DNA from: Ignavibacteria bacterium
GTDB taxonomy: Bacteria; Bacteroidota; Ignavibacteria; Kapaibacteriales; UBA2268
Reading direction: 5' to 3'
Length of the DNA: 64,000 nt
Assembly: GCA_012518115.1 (NCBI GenBank)
Contig: JAAYTD010000005.1
Coordinates: 155 to 64,154 of the forward strand
Made by a program: the position numbers and the translations under genes. This document shows positions 38,155-51,000 of the stretch, piece after piece. Below the pieces are notes generated by a model. That model did no database searches, was not told where the DNA came from, and saw only the letters and a program-made list of their open reading frames with translations. The stretch's first letter is position 1, and every line of letters begins with the position of its first letter.

Positions 38155-40680
38155 TTAAAAACTAGAAAAAGAGTCAATATCAATCTTTATTTTGACTTTG
38201 GACGGATATATTTCATTGTATTTATTTAATACTTCAAATAGCATTTTTTGTAGCTTTGTGCCGTTTGGATCTATTTTTTTTATGTTTTTTATAGAAATTT
38301 GATGTCTAAAATAATTGTTGAGTTTGGATACTGGAGCAGGCGACGGTGGATAAATGATAAATTCATCGCCACTAGCTAGTAGCTTATGAAAATTCTTAGC
38401 TGCTTGAATAACTTCTTTTTCTTCCTTTGAAGAAAATTCAACAAGACAATAGCGAACAAAAGGTGGGAATAATGTTGTTTTACGCTTTTCTAATTCTATT
38501 TCATAAAAATCTTTGTAATTAGAATTAGCTGCTGCCTGTATCGCATAATTAGATATGTTATAAGTTTGGATTAATACTTCGCCGGGCAAATCTCCGCTAC
38601 GACCTGCGCGACCCGATACTTGCGAAAGTAATTGGAAAGTACGCTCACAAGAACGAAAATTAGGTAAATTCAGTTGTATGTCCGCACTTATAACGCCAAC
38701 TAAAGTAACTCGCTCAAAGTCTAATCCTTTAGCTACTATTTGTGTGCCTAATAAAATGTCAGTCTCACCGCGAAAAAAAGATTGTAATATCTTGCGATGA
38801 CTACCTTTTCTTGCAGTCGTGTCTAAATCTAAACGTGCTATCTTCGCCTCTACTCCTTCGTTCAATAAAATAGAAGCTAAATCCGCTTCCGCACGCTGCG
38901 TACCAATGCCAACTCTATACATCTCATTACTTCCGCAAACTTCACAAGTATTGATTACTCTTTTCGTGTAGCCACAATAATGACAACGAAGTTCACGCGA
39001 ATTATGATGATACGTGAGCGAGACCGAACAATACTTGCATTGCGGAATATGACCACAGTCCTTACATTCAAGAAAATTTGAATAACCACGCTTATTTTGG
39101 AATAAAATTATTCCTTCTTTACGAGCTAGCTTTTCCTTTATTTTATCTATCAAAATTCTAGAAAAACCATGCAAAACCTGACCACTAGCGCGCGCAGAAA
39201 CCATATCTATTAATTCTACAGTAGGCAAAACCGCACTATCTGCACGTTCCTTTATTTCTAATAATTGCAATTTGCCAAATCCCGAATTGTAATAACTCTC
39301 TAATGACGGAGTTGCCGATCCTAAAACTACTACAGCTTCTTCTAATTTGCCACGATATAATGCCGCATCTTTAGCATTATAATAAGGAAGTTGCCCATCT
39401 TGCTTGTACGAGCTGTCGTGTTCCTCATCTACTATGATTAAACCTAAATTCGAGAGTGGCGAAAACAATGCCGAGCGCGTGCCTAATACAACACGAACTC
39501 TGCCCAATAAAACAGAGCGCCAAGAATCATAACGTTCTCCATCGGACATACGACTGTGAAATACAGAGATTATTCCGGGAAAAACTATCTCAAATCTGTC
39601 TATCAATTGCGGTGTTAAGGATATTTCAGGAACAAGAACTAATACGCTTTTGCCTAATGATAATGCTTCTTTTATAGCGTGAATATACACCAATGTTTTA
39701 CCGCTACCGGTTACGCCATGTAGCAAAAATGGTGAATATTTTCCTGTTTTTAATGTCGATTTTATTTCCGAAAAACAATTTTTTTGTTCCGAAGTCAAAT
39801 CTAAAAGACTTTCATCGCGAAACGCTAGTTTGTCTGCTCCCGAGAAATTATTACGTGTTACCTCAATTTCTACAATGGAAATTAATTCCTTAGCCACTAA
39901 TGCACGTACCGCTGAGGAAGCTCCTGAAAATAATTTGGAGACTTCCGACAATAATATAGATGAATTTCCATCTTTTTGTTGTTGAAGTAAATAGTTCAAA
40001 ACTTGAAATTGACGAGGCGACCTCTTTTCTAGCTCCAACAAAGTAGAAGCTAGTAAATTATCATCTGAAAGAAGTGATGAGGAAATTTCTAAAGATTTGC
40101 AATATTTAATTCCTACAGATTCTTTTTTCTCCGATAAAAATGAAATATAATCGTGAGCTAGTAAATAATTTATGTGATATTGAATATTTTTTACTTCGCA
40201 AGCATTTTCTATATCGGACAGGCTTACAGATTCTTTTTTCTCCGATAGAAAATCTAAAATGCGACGACGTACCAAAGATAATTTTCCTGTATCTATTAAT
40301 AATTTATCAGTATTAAGAAAAAACTTGTGAACTAAACGAGGCGAAAAAATAGACGGCAAAGCCGAACGAAACACCTCACCTATAGGACATAGATAATAAG
40401 AAGATAACCAATATAAAAAACTTATCATCTTGTCAGAAAAAATAGGCGATAAATCTAAGAGCTCTATTATTGATTTGATTGTATATGAAGTCTTAATAGG
40501 CTCTGAAGCTACAGATTGCGATACAACAACCCCAACTAAATCACGCGCTAAACGACCTCGTCCAAAAGATACTAATACACGACAACCGCAAAAATTTCCC
40601 TCGCTTTCGCTGACGTAAGAGTAAGTAAAGCTACGGTTTAAAGGAACAGGTAAAACAACTTCAAAATAATAATGATACAT
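38155..40680 (-). CDS. priA: Primosomal protein N' (replication restart helicase)
   Basis: GVTGSGKT, LVPEISLTPQ, DEEHDSSYKQ, GSATPSLES, four CxxC zinc motifs, GTQIVAKGLDF, QVSGRAGR. Confidence 0.96.
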   Translation of the reverse strand: MYHYYFEVVLPVPLNRSFTYSYVSESEGNFCGCRVLVSFGRGRLARDLVGVVVSQSVASEPIKTSYTIKSIIELLDLSPIFSDKMISFLYWLSSYYLCPIGEVFRSALPSIFSPRLVHKFFLNTDKLLIDTGKLSLVRRRILDFLSEKKESVSLSDIENACEVKNIQYHINYLLAHDYISFLSEKKESVGIKYCKSLEISSSLLSDDNLLASTLLELEKRSPRQFQVLNYLLQQQKDGNSSILLSEVSKLFSGASSAVRALVAKELISIVEIEVTRNNFSGADKLAFRDESLLDLTSEQKNCFSEIKSTLKTGKYSPFLLHGVTGSGKTLVYIHAIKEALSLGKSVLVLVPEISLTPQLIDRFEIVFPGIISVFHSRMSDGERYDSWRSVLLGRVRVVLGTRSALFSPLSNLGLIIVDEEHDSSYKQDGQLPYYNAKDAALYRGKLEEAVVVLGSATPSLESYYNSGFGKLQLLEIKERADSAVLPTVELIDMVSARASGQVLHGFSRILIDKIKEKLARKEGIILFQNKRGYSNFLECKDCGHIPQCKYCSVSLTYHHNSRELRCHYCGYTKRVINTCEVCGSNEMYRVGIGTQRAEADLASILLNEGVEAKIARLDLDTTARKGSHRKILQSFFRGETDILLGTQIVAKGLDFERVTLVGVISADIQLNLPNFRSCERTFQLLSQVSGRAGRSGDLPGEVLIQTYNISNYAIQAAANSNYKDFYEIELEKRKTTLFPPFVRYCLVEFSSKEEKEVIQAAKNFHKLLASGDEFIIYPPSPAPVSKLNNYFRHQISIKNIKKIDPNGTKLQKMLFEVLNKYNEIYPSKVKIKIDIDSFSSF

Positions 40681-40697
40681 AGTGTAATCTCAAAATA

Positions 40698-40705
40698 CAA
40701 ATATA
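40698..40705 (-). promoter_or_regulatory. -7 promoter element (TATATTTG) for priA
   Basis: TAnnTTTG on the minus strand 18 nt upstream of the ATG. Confidence 0.55.
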
Positions 40706-40715
40706 CAAAAAAAAA

Positions 40716-40926
40716 ACTACCTCGTCAAACTTGTGAAGGGCGTATGCAATACGCCCCGACATTTGCGAAGGAGAATTTTAAATAATGGCAATCACAAAGG
40801 ATTGCCTCTACAATTCATTGCTAATTTAAAAATCCTGCTAATTCTGTAATCCTGTAAATCCTGATTCAGACAATATTATGGGCGTATTCAATACGCCCCA
40901 ACAGCTCAAACGAGAGTGAATTTTAA
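40716..40926 (-). repeat. Composite REP-like mosaic, inverted copy of 35876-36086
   Basis: Reverse complement has the same module order (GTAG-type palindrome, TTGTCTGAATCAGGATT, GTAGAGGCAATCC, palindrome, TTTGACGAGGTAG). Confidence 0.88.
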
Positions 40927-41302
40927 AAACATTTTTTTGATAAATAATTTAATTTTTTTTGTAGACTATGAAAAAAATACAAAAAATGTAAAAATTCAAT
41001 AAATTTCACATAAATATTAACAAATTTTCATTATTTGTTTGTTTTTTTTAAAAAAAAGTATAAATTTGTAAAATATTTGTAGATTTTTTCAAATTATTTT
41101 CGTATTTTTATTTTTGTATACCTTAACAAAGAAGAAGCAAAAAAGTGTAGTTTGTATTTTTTTAAAAAACTATATATGTTTCAAATAACCAAATTAATAT
41201 AATTTTAATAGAAATTTAACTAAATTATTCTATACATTTTTTTATATTTGTATATCCAAATTATATGTAATTTAAAATAAATTTAGGGTTAGACAAAAAA
41301 TG

Positions 41303-41370
41303 ACTAGCCCGTTAAACTTCGGAGAGCGTATCGCAGTACGCCTCAACAATTTACCGAAGTGGAATTTTAA
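41303..41370 (-). repeat. Degenerate REP-like element
   Basis: GACTAGCCCGTTAAAC...GAGCGTATCGCAGTACGCCTC...GGAATTTT. Confidence 0.55.
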
Positions 41371-41436
41371 GAAGATAAATAAGTAATATATTTTATTTTT
41401 AATTAACAATTTAATAACATATTTAAAGGTTTAGAA

Positions 41437-42051
41437 ATGGGAAACTTCCTTAAAACATTTAAAACTTTTTCAATTCTTATGTTGTTGGCATTCGCTGGAT
41501 ACAGTACAGTATTTGCACAGCCAACAGACAACACAAGATTTATTGCGTTCGGCAATATTCAAACTCAACAACTTGATTTAATGAGTACGCGGACGCCTAC
41601 TAGTAGTGGTAGAATAATTTTAAAATATACTCCTACTGCTGGTACCACTGCTGATGCTGCAGTAACGCAGCTACGCACAATTATGAATGCTATAGGCACA
41701 GTGGATTTATTAACTGGCGGATATAATGTCGCTAACATTGAACAAAAAGTAGGAGATAGACTTACTACTCTAAATTATCACAATACTACTACATGCATAA
41801 AAGCATTTATAGGTTATGGTACAAATTATAGGGTTACGAGCTTAACTCCAGGCACACAATACGCATTTGCAGTATTGGATTATAACTATGATGCCCAAAA
41901 CAACCAACTTAAGTTTTGGCAAAATCCTGCGGGAACTGCTTGGCCACACACTAGCAACCCAAGAGCAGTAAAAACATTAGGTGCTTATTATACTCCTCCG
42001 GAAATTTCGGTTGCTGCTGTTTATGCTACAGGTGTTACTATAAAAACATAG
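41437..42051 (+). CDS. N-terminal part (signal peptide plus FN3-like domain) of a frameshifted giant surface protein
   Basis: Sec signal MGNFLKTFKTFSILMLLAFAGYSTVFA. Ends ACT ATA AAA ACA TAG TAG; the -1 frame continues AAC ATA GTA GCT GGA TTG into the next ORF. Confidence 0.75.
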   Translation: MGNFLKTFKTFSILMLLAFAGYSTVFAQPTDNTRFIAFGNIQTQQLDLMSTRTPTSSGRIILKYTPTAGTTADAAVTQLRTIMNAIGTVDLLTGGYNVANIEQKVGDRLTTLNYHNTTTCIKAFIGYGTNYRVTSLTPGTQYAFAVLDYNYDAQNNQLKFWQNPAGTAWPHTSNPRAVKTLGAYYTPPEISVAAVYATGVTIKT

Positions 42052-42059
42052 TAGCTGGA

Positions 42060-45000
42060 TTGAAAGATAATAGCGATCCTGTTACTGCCGAATATAATTT
42101 ATTAGTAACAGATGTTGACGCTCAAACTACTACTACTACATATTTAGGAGAGATAACTCCTGCTGAAATATTAGCAAACATGACATACACTATTGATGGA
42201 TTAACAGAAAACGCTGAATATGAAATTGTACTTCAAGCAATAGAGCCAGGCACAGCCAACACTCGCAATTCAAATATTGAGGAAATAACAACTACCCTTG
42301 CACAAAACTTTGCTGCAAGCGCTAATCCTAGCAGTAATAATGAGCTTGGTCTTACAATTACTATTACACCTACGAATAAAACAATTACAAGTACTAATAA
42401 AGCATTTACAATTCAATTAGAGTTTGCTCAGTACTCGGATTCTCCTCTTGGTGGTCCTCCTGAAACTTTCAGAATGAATACATTGGAACCCGTAACGCTT
42501 ACTTGGAATGGCGCTGTAGGGAATAATGTTGCAGCTGGTAGTTTGCAACTTGTTTCGCAATGGTGGGTAAACAATACAACACACGTATTAAATTATGTAT
42601 ATAGAGATGACGCTCCAGAAGTAGACGGTTCTATAAGATTTAGTGTTAGTGCAACTGCTGATGGTCAGACTAGTCCAACTGAAGTAGGCTTTAATAATGA
42701 CATTTTAAAAGGTGGGTCTGAGGGCACGAACAACCAAATTATATTTGAAATGATACCGCCGGCGCTAGAGGAAGGCGGATTTGCAATGAAAGATCTGGAT
42801 GCGGACAATACTGCGATTGCCGGGGAGATCATCCTTACAAAACATGTAGGAGCTCAATTTATCTTTACTTTTAATGAGGTAATAAAACTTGATGGAAAAC
42901 GTGCTACTGATATGGGAGGTTTATCTTCTGAGGCAAACACAGCACTTGCAAACAGTTTTATGGAAATAGTTACAAGCGAAGATCCAGTTTTAGCTGCTCT
43001 TATTACTAATTTACGTGATGGCAATCCATCGGCAAAGCCGACAATTAGCTTAGTTGATAAAACTGATCCTAGTGCTCATAGTGTAGTTACAGTTACTTGG
43101 ACGTTTCCAAGAGGCAGCAGTGGATATGCGGCATCTCAAATTAAAAGTTATATAGCTACGCTAAAAGATTATCTAGATAACGAAAACGTATTAAAAAATA
43201 TCTTTATCAATCTTAATAATACTTTGGTGACAGATCTCTTTACCAATGTAATGAAGGCAATAACAGTTGAAAACGACAAGCCGAAATTCCAAATAAATAG
43301 AGCAGTTCCAAGAATTATAGATATTACAATGACAGGCTTGCAAGCAGATGCAGCAGGCTATGCTAATTGTGGAGAAGGCGGTACATTACAAGGCTATATA
43401 AATGAAAACTCATCGAATGGCACTCAGACAGGTTTCAAGATTGATATTACATTTGACAAAGAAATGAACAGCACAAACGTTGGTACTAACGCAAATGTTA
43501 AACTTGTAAAACTAAGTAGTGGTAACAACGGCTTTACTGATATTGCACAAACAGTTTATACAACGCCAAGTGGAAATACTAATCCAGCAATAACTTGGAG
43601 TGCAGCTAATAGTATTGACAATAGCAAATTAACTTGGACTGTAACAGGTTTAGAAGAACAAGATGCTGCAGATTATACTAATTTATATGTTATGGTAAAT
43701 GTCTTTGCAGGAGTGAGCGATGGTCCAGCAATGCTACCAACAGTAACTTATAGTGATGCAGGAGACAATGCTACTATTTGGAATGCCATATTAGAAGCTA
43801 AAGGTGCTATGTTAAGTTTTGCACAGAAACCTTTCCGCTTAGATTTGATAGATGAATTTAAAGGTATTGCGTTTAATAACTTAAACGGTACTACTTATAC
43901 AGGTGTTGAACCTATAACTAGTAATGTTGCTACTATTCATCCAAAACACGAAAGCACTGAAAGCCAAACATTAGGTGTAGCTTTAATGTTGAGTAATCCA
44001 AGCTTTGCAAGCTTGTTTAACGATGAAAATAATAAAGTTCAATTGACAAAAGTACAGAAATATGAAACTGGTTACCAAGATGTAGATAATACAAATGGTG
44101 AATACTTTGCTACGGGAACGCCGATTAGCTCTGTTACTGATACCAAACTATGTAAGATTAATTCTGGTGGTGATGGATATGATGCTTCTCCTAAACATCC
44201 AGGTATATATATTCCTATTGATTTAGGTGCTACAGCTAAAAATCCAGCTAACTACGAAGATAAATATAATTTAACATTTACATATACAAACTCAGTAACA
44301 GGAAGAGCAAAAACATGTACACTTGAAACTTATGTTGACTATACTCAACCTACTATTACAGATATTGGTGTAAAAGATGGAAGTTCAGTAAGTAATGATG
44401 ATCAATATATCAATCGCGACACCCTTAATGCAGCAACAGGAACTACTATAACAAGAGAATATCTAATTATATTTGATAAGAAAATAGATCCAACAACATT
44501 AACAACAAGTAATCTTAGATTACATGTAGAAGATGAGACTGGTGTAATCACTCCAATTCCAGGTTATGTAACCATAGATAATAATATAGCTTGGGATGCA
44601 ACAGGCAAACTTGCAACAGTTACAATAAGTTTACTGAAAGGTAGTTTGTGGGACATTAACTATAACAAAATTTCTTTAGAAGTTATTAATCATGAGTCTG
44701 TCAAATCAACAACAGGCGCTACATTAGATAAAGATTATGTTGTAGATAATGGTGAGGTAGGAGCTGCAGAAGAATCAGCAATAAAATCTGCTTATATTAT
44801 TGATGCTGTAACACCTTTAGTACAGGCAAAACCATATAATACAGATTATGAATACTCTGTTGAGGACAATGGATTTCTTAAATATTGTGCTGTAGACGTA
44901 ATTAATAGCCATCGTCTTCCTAATGATAAGTTTATCCTTACTTTTGGATTTGAAGAAGATGTAGTAGTATCAGCCGATGATTTAGCAGATATGCTTAAAA

Positions 45001-48000
45001 TAGGACTTGAGGGCTATGAAAGAGAAGCTACTGGTATAAAATATTATAATGCAGAAGATGTAGAAATAACTGATCTTACTGCAACTCAAGGAGTTTGCAG
45101 AAAAATTGTCTTTACATATGATATTGGAAGTGCTAGTACAGCAATTGACTTAGTAACAGGTCCAAACGCAATTAAAGTAGTATTTGATAACAGTTTGAAT
45201 TTCGTAGCAGACAAAGCAGGCAATAAAATTAATTTCAATAGCCCTACTTTAGTAAGAAGTATTTATTACGACATAGAAGCAAATAATACAGATAATGTTT
45301 TAGCTGTAACAAATGGTGGTACAGTAATTAATGCAACTACTACACCAGCAGGTGACATATTTTACATTTCTAAAGAATGTAAAGTACGATTTACAGTTGG
45401 AGCATATAATGAACACGATACATATATTGTGAAATTAGTAAAGGATGTAGAAGAGGCTCCTATTCCTAATCCTGACTTAATTGCAGGTATTGAAACTAAT
45501 CCTCCTCTTAATTCAACTCAAGTTAGTCCAAATGGAAACATTTTAACAACTACTCTAACTTTAGCTGAAATGTTCCCTAACAATGTATGGACTCCTGGCG
45601 ATAAGTATTATATAGTTGTAAAAACACTTGATCAAGCACAAAATAAAACAGTTGCGACATCAGGCAACGAATATACAGTTGCAAAAAATCCAGCTTTATT
45701 AACAGCAATAAAGCCACCTAAATATGATGAACATGCAGCTACACCACAACTTGCTGATAAAAAAATTCGTAAAATCGAATTTACAGTAGATACAGATGCC
45801 GATATGTCAGATGTTGTTCAAGCAGGTAAAGAAATTACATTTACACCAACTACACAACAGAGTGTACCACAGAAATATACACTTAGTAACTCTGACCAAA
45901 TAGGATATAATTCAGTTGATAGAAAAGTTACTTTAACATTAGCTACTCCTTTAGAGTTACCTAGCTACAGCTCATTGTATAATGTAAAAATCCAACAAGG
46001 TGCTTTTATTAATGTGTTAGGTAGTCCAATGGCCGAAGCGACTTGGACAATTAAGACTTTACCACAACTTGACGTCGTATCAGTTGAATATGTTCAAGCT
46101 GATGGTACTTCGTTTGCACACAATCCTGCACAGCTTAGATTTGAGCCGCCTACAGGTATGTATAACACTCTTGGTATTAAAATAACTTTCAATCAAAATA
46201 TTACTTTCTCTCAAGCTGATATAGAATTATCAACATCATACACAAACTTATATGGATCTGCAAATGACAATCCTCTACCGTTTGTATACGAGGTTGGTAA
46301 CACTCATAATGATCCAAAAAATGTAATTATATTGAAAGCAAATAGAGATGGAGATATAACTGCAGGTATGTATACTGCAAATCCACCTAATCTCGAAGTA
46401 GGTGCTGATCTTTTAATAAGAGGCGAAACTCAATATACTCCAACTTTAAGCGACAATGGTAAGGTTATTGCAGGTGGCGTAGAACTTACGTCCTTCCCTT
46501 CGTTTACACCAAATCAAGTAGTTAACCAAGTAGTACGTGTAGATGCAGTAAGACCAGTAATAACAAAAGATTTTGGAACACCAAGCAGTACAATTCAATT
46601 GGATGACAATCTTGAGGTGCCAGTAAATAGAACCTTTGCTGTTTATACTCCAGAAAACATTGATGATTTGACAGTGTTTAAAGTTGGTAATAACACAAAA
46701 GGATTTACAATAACAGATCATAATATCTCACCAACAGGAACAATGTTGTGGATTAGAGGTGCACTTGGCGAAAATCAAGCATTTGAGGAAGAAATTACTA
46801 ATATTGATTATACTAATACTGCTGCTTGCGAAGCATTAAAATTCCCAGCATTGCCTGAAGGTGGTTATTTCATTCGTTTGCAACATACAGATAAATTTGA
46901 GAATACCAATGATCAAACAGAGGTAACAGAGGGAGTAGCAGATTATTATTTTGTAGTAGACAAAGCTCCTGTCATAACAGCTGTTGAAAATGCTACCATA
47001 AATATGATTGTAGGTAATGCATCCAGCTTTAAGGCAATGTATGGTGCAGAGAATACTAAAGAATTCAGATATCGAATAAATGAACAGTTCCTTAATATAA
47101 ATACTGACAACAAAGGTAAAACTACACTTACTTTCACTAAAGAAAATGACGTAAGAACAGCAATAGTAGAAACACACTTTGTTCAAGTTGGAACAACTCA
47201 TAATCATAAAGCTTCTATATTTGTTAATCCGGGCGTTAATGTTGCTAAGCTATATAATGCACAAGGCGAGGAAATAGGTACATTAGCTGGCTTCTTAGAA
47301 GGCTTAACAGCAGGTATATGGAACATAAACGTAAAAGTAACAGATAAATGTGGAAATACAAGTGAATTAGAGAACGCTATGTCTATCAACGTTCGCTCTA
47401 AACCGTATGTTGTTAAATATAGAATCAACGGAACTGATTTGATAGAAGATGGCAGCACTCCTGCTAAATATGTTCTTCCAAATGATGGCAAAGTAGGCTT
47501 TACAGGCAACACAATTGACTTTATATTTGATAGGAATATATTAGACTATAATCTATCAACGTTTACTACATACCCTGATTTCGAATACTCTGTAATTGAT
47601 GATACATTAAGAATGAGCCAAAAATCAACAAGCTTGTTGACTTCAAATACAGAATATCAATTCCAATTACCTGTAGATGTTGTTAAAGAAGATAACAATA
47701 TAGGAATAGATATTGGTAACGTAGCTTCAAATGTTGTATTAATGAAAACTGATTATGCTATAATTACAGGTATTGATAGAATAATATCTGCTGGTAATAC
47801 GGACGATCCAGGTGAATATATACAAGCAGGCGACGAAGATGCTTACTTTAGAATTACATTTAATGGAGCAATAAATCCTGCTAACCTTTCAGTTGAAATG
47901 TTGGATGCCGCTGCTGCAGGTTATGTAGGAGTTACAGTTCACACTATCTCATTGATTCCTAATAAGCTTAATGAAATTTGTGTATATATAACAGGTATTC

Positions 48001-51000
48001 CAACTGTTAATACAACAGCAGGTAATATAAAGACAGGTCCTATTAAGCATATTCCAAGTAATACTCCATACGTTTTACAATTTGGAGCAACTCATGAAAC
48101 TTACAGTGTAAATAGAACTCCATTTACTTGTACTGCTCATTTACCAGCAACTAATGCTCAAAATGTTGCAGTTGATGCTGATATTGTTTTAACATTTGAT
48201 CGTGCATTCAAAAATATAGCAAATGCTCCAACATTAAATGCTGCGTATACTCTTACTGCTGGTGGTGGTACTACAAATCTAACAGTAAAATCTAATACTG
48301 CTAATACAATAACTTATGGAGTTGCCAACGGTTATCTTGCTTATGCAGCAGAATATACTATTTCTCAAGTTACTAACACATTAACAGACCTTTGGGGAAA
48401 TACTTGCCAACCAATACAAACTTGGAAATTTAAAACCAAAACAGCACCAGTAGTTAAACATATTGTAAGAGCAAATCAAGCAGATGAATACACAAAAGAT
48501 GCTTCAGTAGATTTCACAGTAGAACTTGCTGATGCACCTACAGTAGCAGCTACTGTAGATGATTTTAGTATTATTTGGAATAATGGTACTGCTCATACAG
48601 CAACAGTAACAGATGCAGTAGAGGATCCTAACAATCCAAAAATTTATACAGTAACAGTAAGTATTCCTGATAATGCAAAAGGCGAATTAGGTTTGAAATA
48701 TAGTGGTAATGTAGCTTCTACTACAAACGAAACTTACAATGTGAACAGAAAACCATTAACTTGTACTTATTTCCCGACTAGCGATGGCAATACTTCAGTT
48801 AGTTCTGTTGTTAGCTTGACATTTAGTGATGAGATAGTTAATCCAACAACAGCTCCAGTATTAACAGCTAATAACAATATTAGTCTAACAAGTGGAACAG
48901 TTGATCAGGATAACAATAAAATCACTTATTCAGTTGCTAACAATGGCTATTGGGCTTATAATACACAATATACAATTAGTGTAGGCGCTAATAATATAGT
49001 AACAGACCTTTGGGGTAATACTTGTACAGTAGAAGGTTGGACCTTTAAAACAGAAAAAGCACCAGTAGTTGAACATATTGTAAGAGGAAATCCAACAGAC
49101 CAATTCACAAAAGAAGCGTTAGTAAACTTCACAGTAACATTTGATAAAGCACCTGTGTTTGCAATCACAGGTACAACAGGTCATTTTACACATGTTTGGA
49201 ATCCTGTTCAAACTCTTGGATCAATAACTAATGTTGTACAAGATAATAACAATCATAAAGTTTATACGGTAACAGTAAGTATTCCTGATAATGCAGTAGG
49301 CGAATTAGGCTTAAGATATAATAATGCACAAGCTACTATTACAAACGAAACTTACGATGTGAACAGAAAAGTCTTACAATTAACTAAAACACCGACAGGT
49401 ACTAATGTTGCTGTTAATACAACTAATATTGTTTTAACATATACTAGTACACTAGCGAATGGAACAGTAGCTCCTACATTGAAACTTAAGGAAGGTAATA
49501 CTAGTACTTCTATAGCTGCAGGAACTGTTGATGTTAATGCCATGACAATTACTTATACGCTTCCAGCTTTAGCTCATGGAACAACATATGAAGTTGAAGT
49601 AACTGCGGGAACAGCAGAAGTAACAGATAAATGGGGCAATACTAATGAATTAGAAAATTGGACATTTACAACAGTACCAGCACCTCCAGCAGTAATTGCA
49701 ACAAATCCTGGTACTAATGGAACAGGTATTACGGTTAATTTAACTACAATTACTATAACATTTGATAAAGATGTAACAGCAACAAATAATGTAAGCCTTA
49801 TTTTATACAAGGGTACAACACCTACAGCTACAATGACTTCTGCAAATGTTAACGGTGCTGTGGCAACATTTACTCTTCCAACAGGAACAGTTTTAGATTA
49901 TGAAACAGTATACACTGCAAAATTAGCAGCAGGTTCATTCCATAATTCAAATGTAGTAAATAATGCATATGAATGGAGCTTTACAACTGAAGATGTACCA
50001 GTAGTTACAAGTATTGAAAAAGGAGCTCCAACAAGCAAATACACAAATGCAGCTTCAGTAGCTTTCAAAGTAACATTTGATAAAGTACCTGCGTTTGCGT
50101 TGACAACAGATATGTTCTCACCTGTTTGGACTGTTGGTAATGCTTCTCAATCAGGCACATCAATATATAGTGTTACTCCTACTAACGATCCTGGAATTTA
50201 TACAGTAACAGTAAGTATTCCTGATAATGCAGTAGGTGAATTAGGTTTGAGATATGGTACTCAAGCAGATCCTAGCACAAACGACAAGTACAATGTTAAC
50301 AGAACTGCATTAATTTGTAATTCTTGTTTACCAACAGGTACAGATGTTGCAGTTAATTCTGATATTACTTTAACGTTTAATCGTGCATTAAAGACAACAA
50401 CTGCTCCTGGAATAACAGTTAATAATACTTCATATGCAGGAGTTATTTCAAGCAATACAATAACTTATGACCTTCCTATTTTAGCTTATGAAACACCATA
50501 TAATGTTGCTATAGTAAGTAATGGCACAGTAGCAGATGACTGGGGTAATACTTATACAATAACAAATTGGAACTTTACAACAGAATCTAAACCTGTAGTT
50601 AACAGTATTAAGAGATCTAACCCAACAGATAAATTCACAAGTGCAGCTTCAGTAGTATTCGAAGTAACATTTAATAAAACACCTCTACCTGTACTTAATA
50701 CAGGTGATTTTGGTACTACTTTGAATGGCTGTTTAGTAAGCGAAGTGTCAAGTATTAATAGTGTTTATACAGTAACAGTAACTATTCCTGATAATGCAGA
50801 AGGAACATTAGGTTTAACAGTACCTACTTACACTGTACCATCACCAGGAGGAAACAACAACGAAACTTACGATGTGAACAGAAAGCCATTAACTTATGCT
50901 TCTTCACCGACAAACGGTGCTACAATTACTGATCTTAATACTGATATTGTTTTGACGTTTAATAATACCTTAAAGCCTACAACGAATGTACCTACATTAG

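Noticed and set aside
42049-42054. TAG TAG between the 204-aa and 3941-aa ORFs as stop-codon readthrough or recoding
   Set aside because: The downstream ORF is in a different frame (-1), so readthrough would not join them, and other genes here end normally in TAG.
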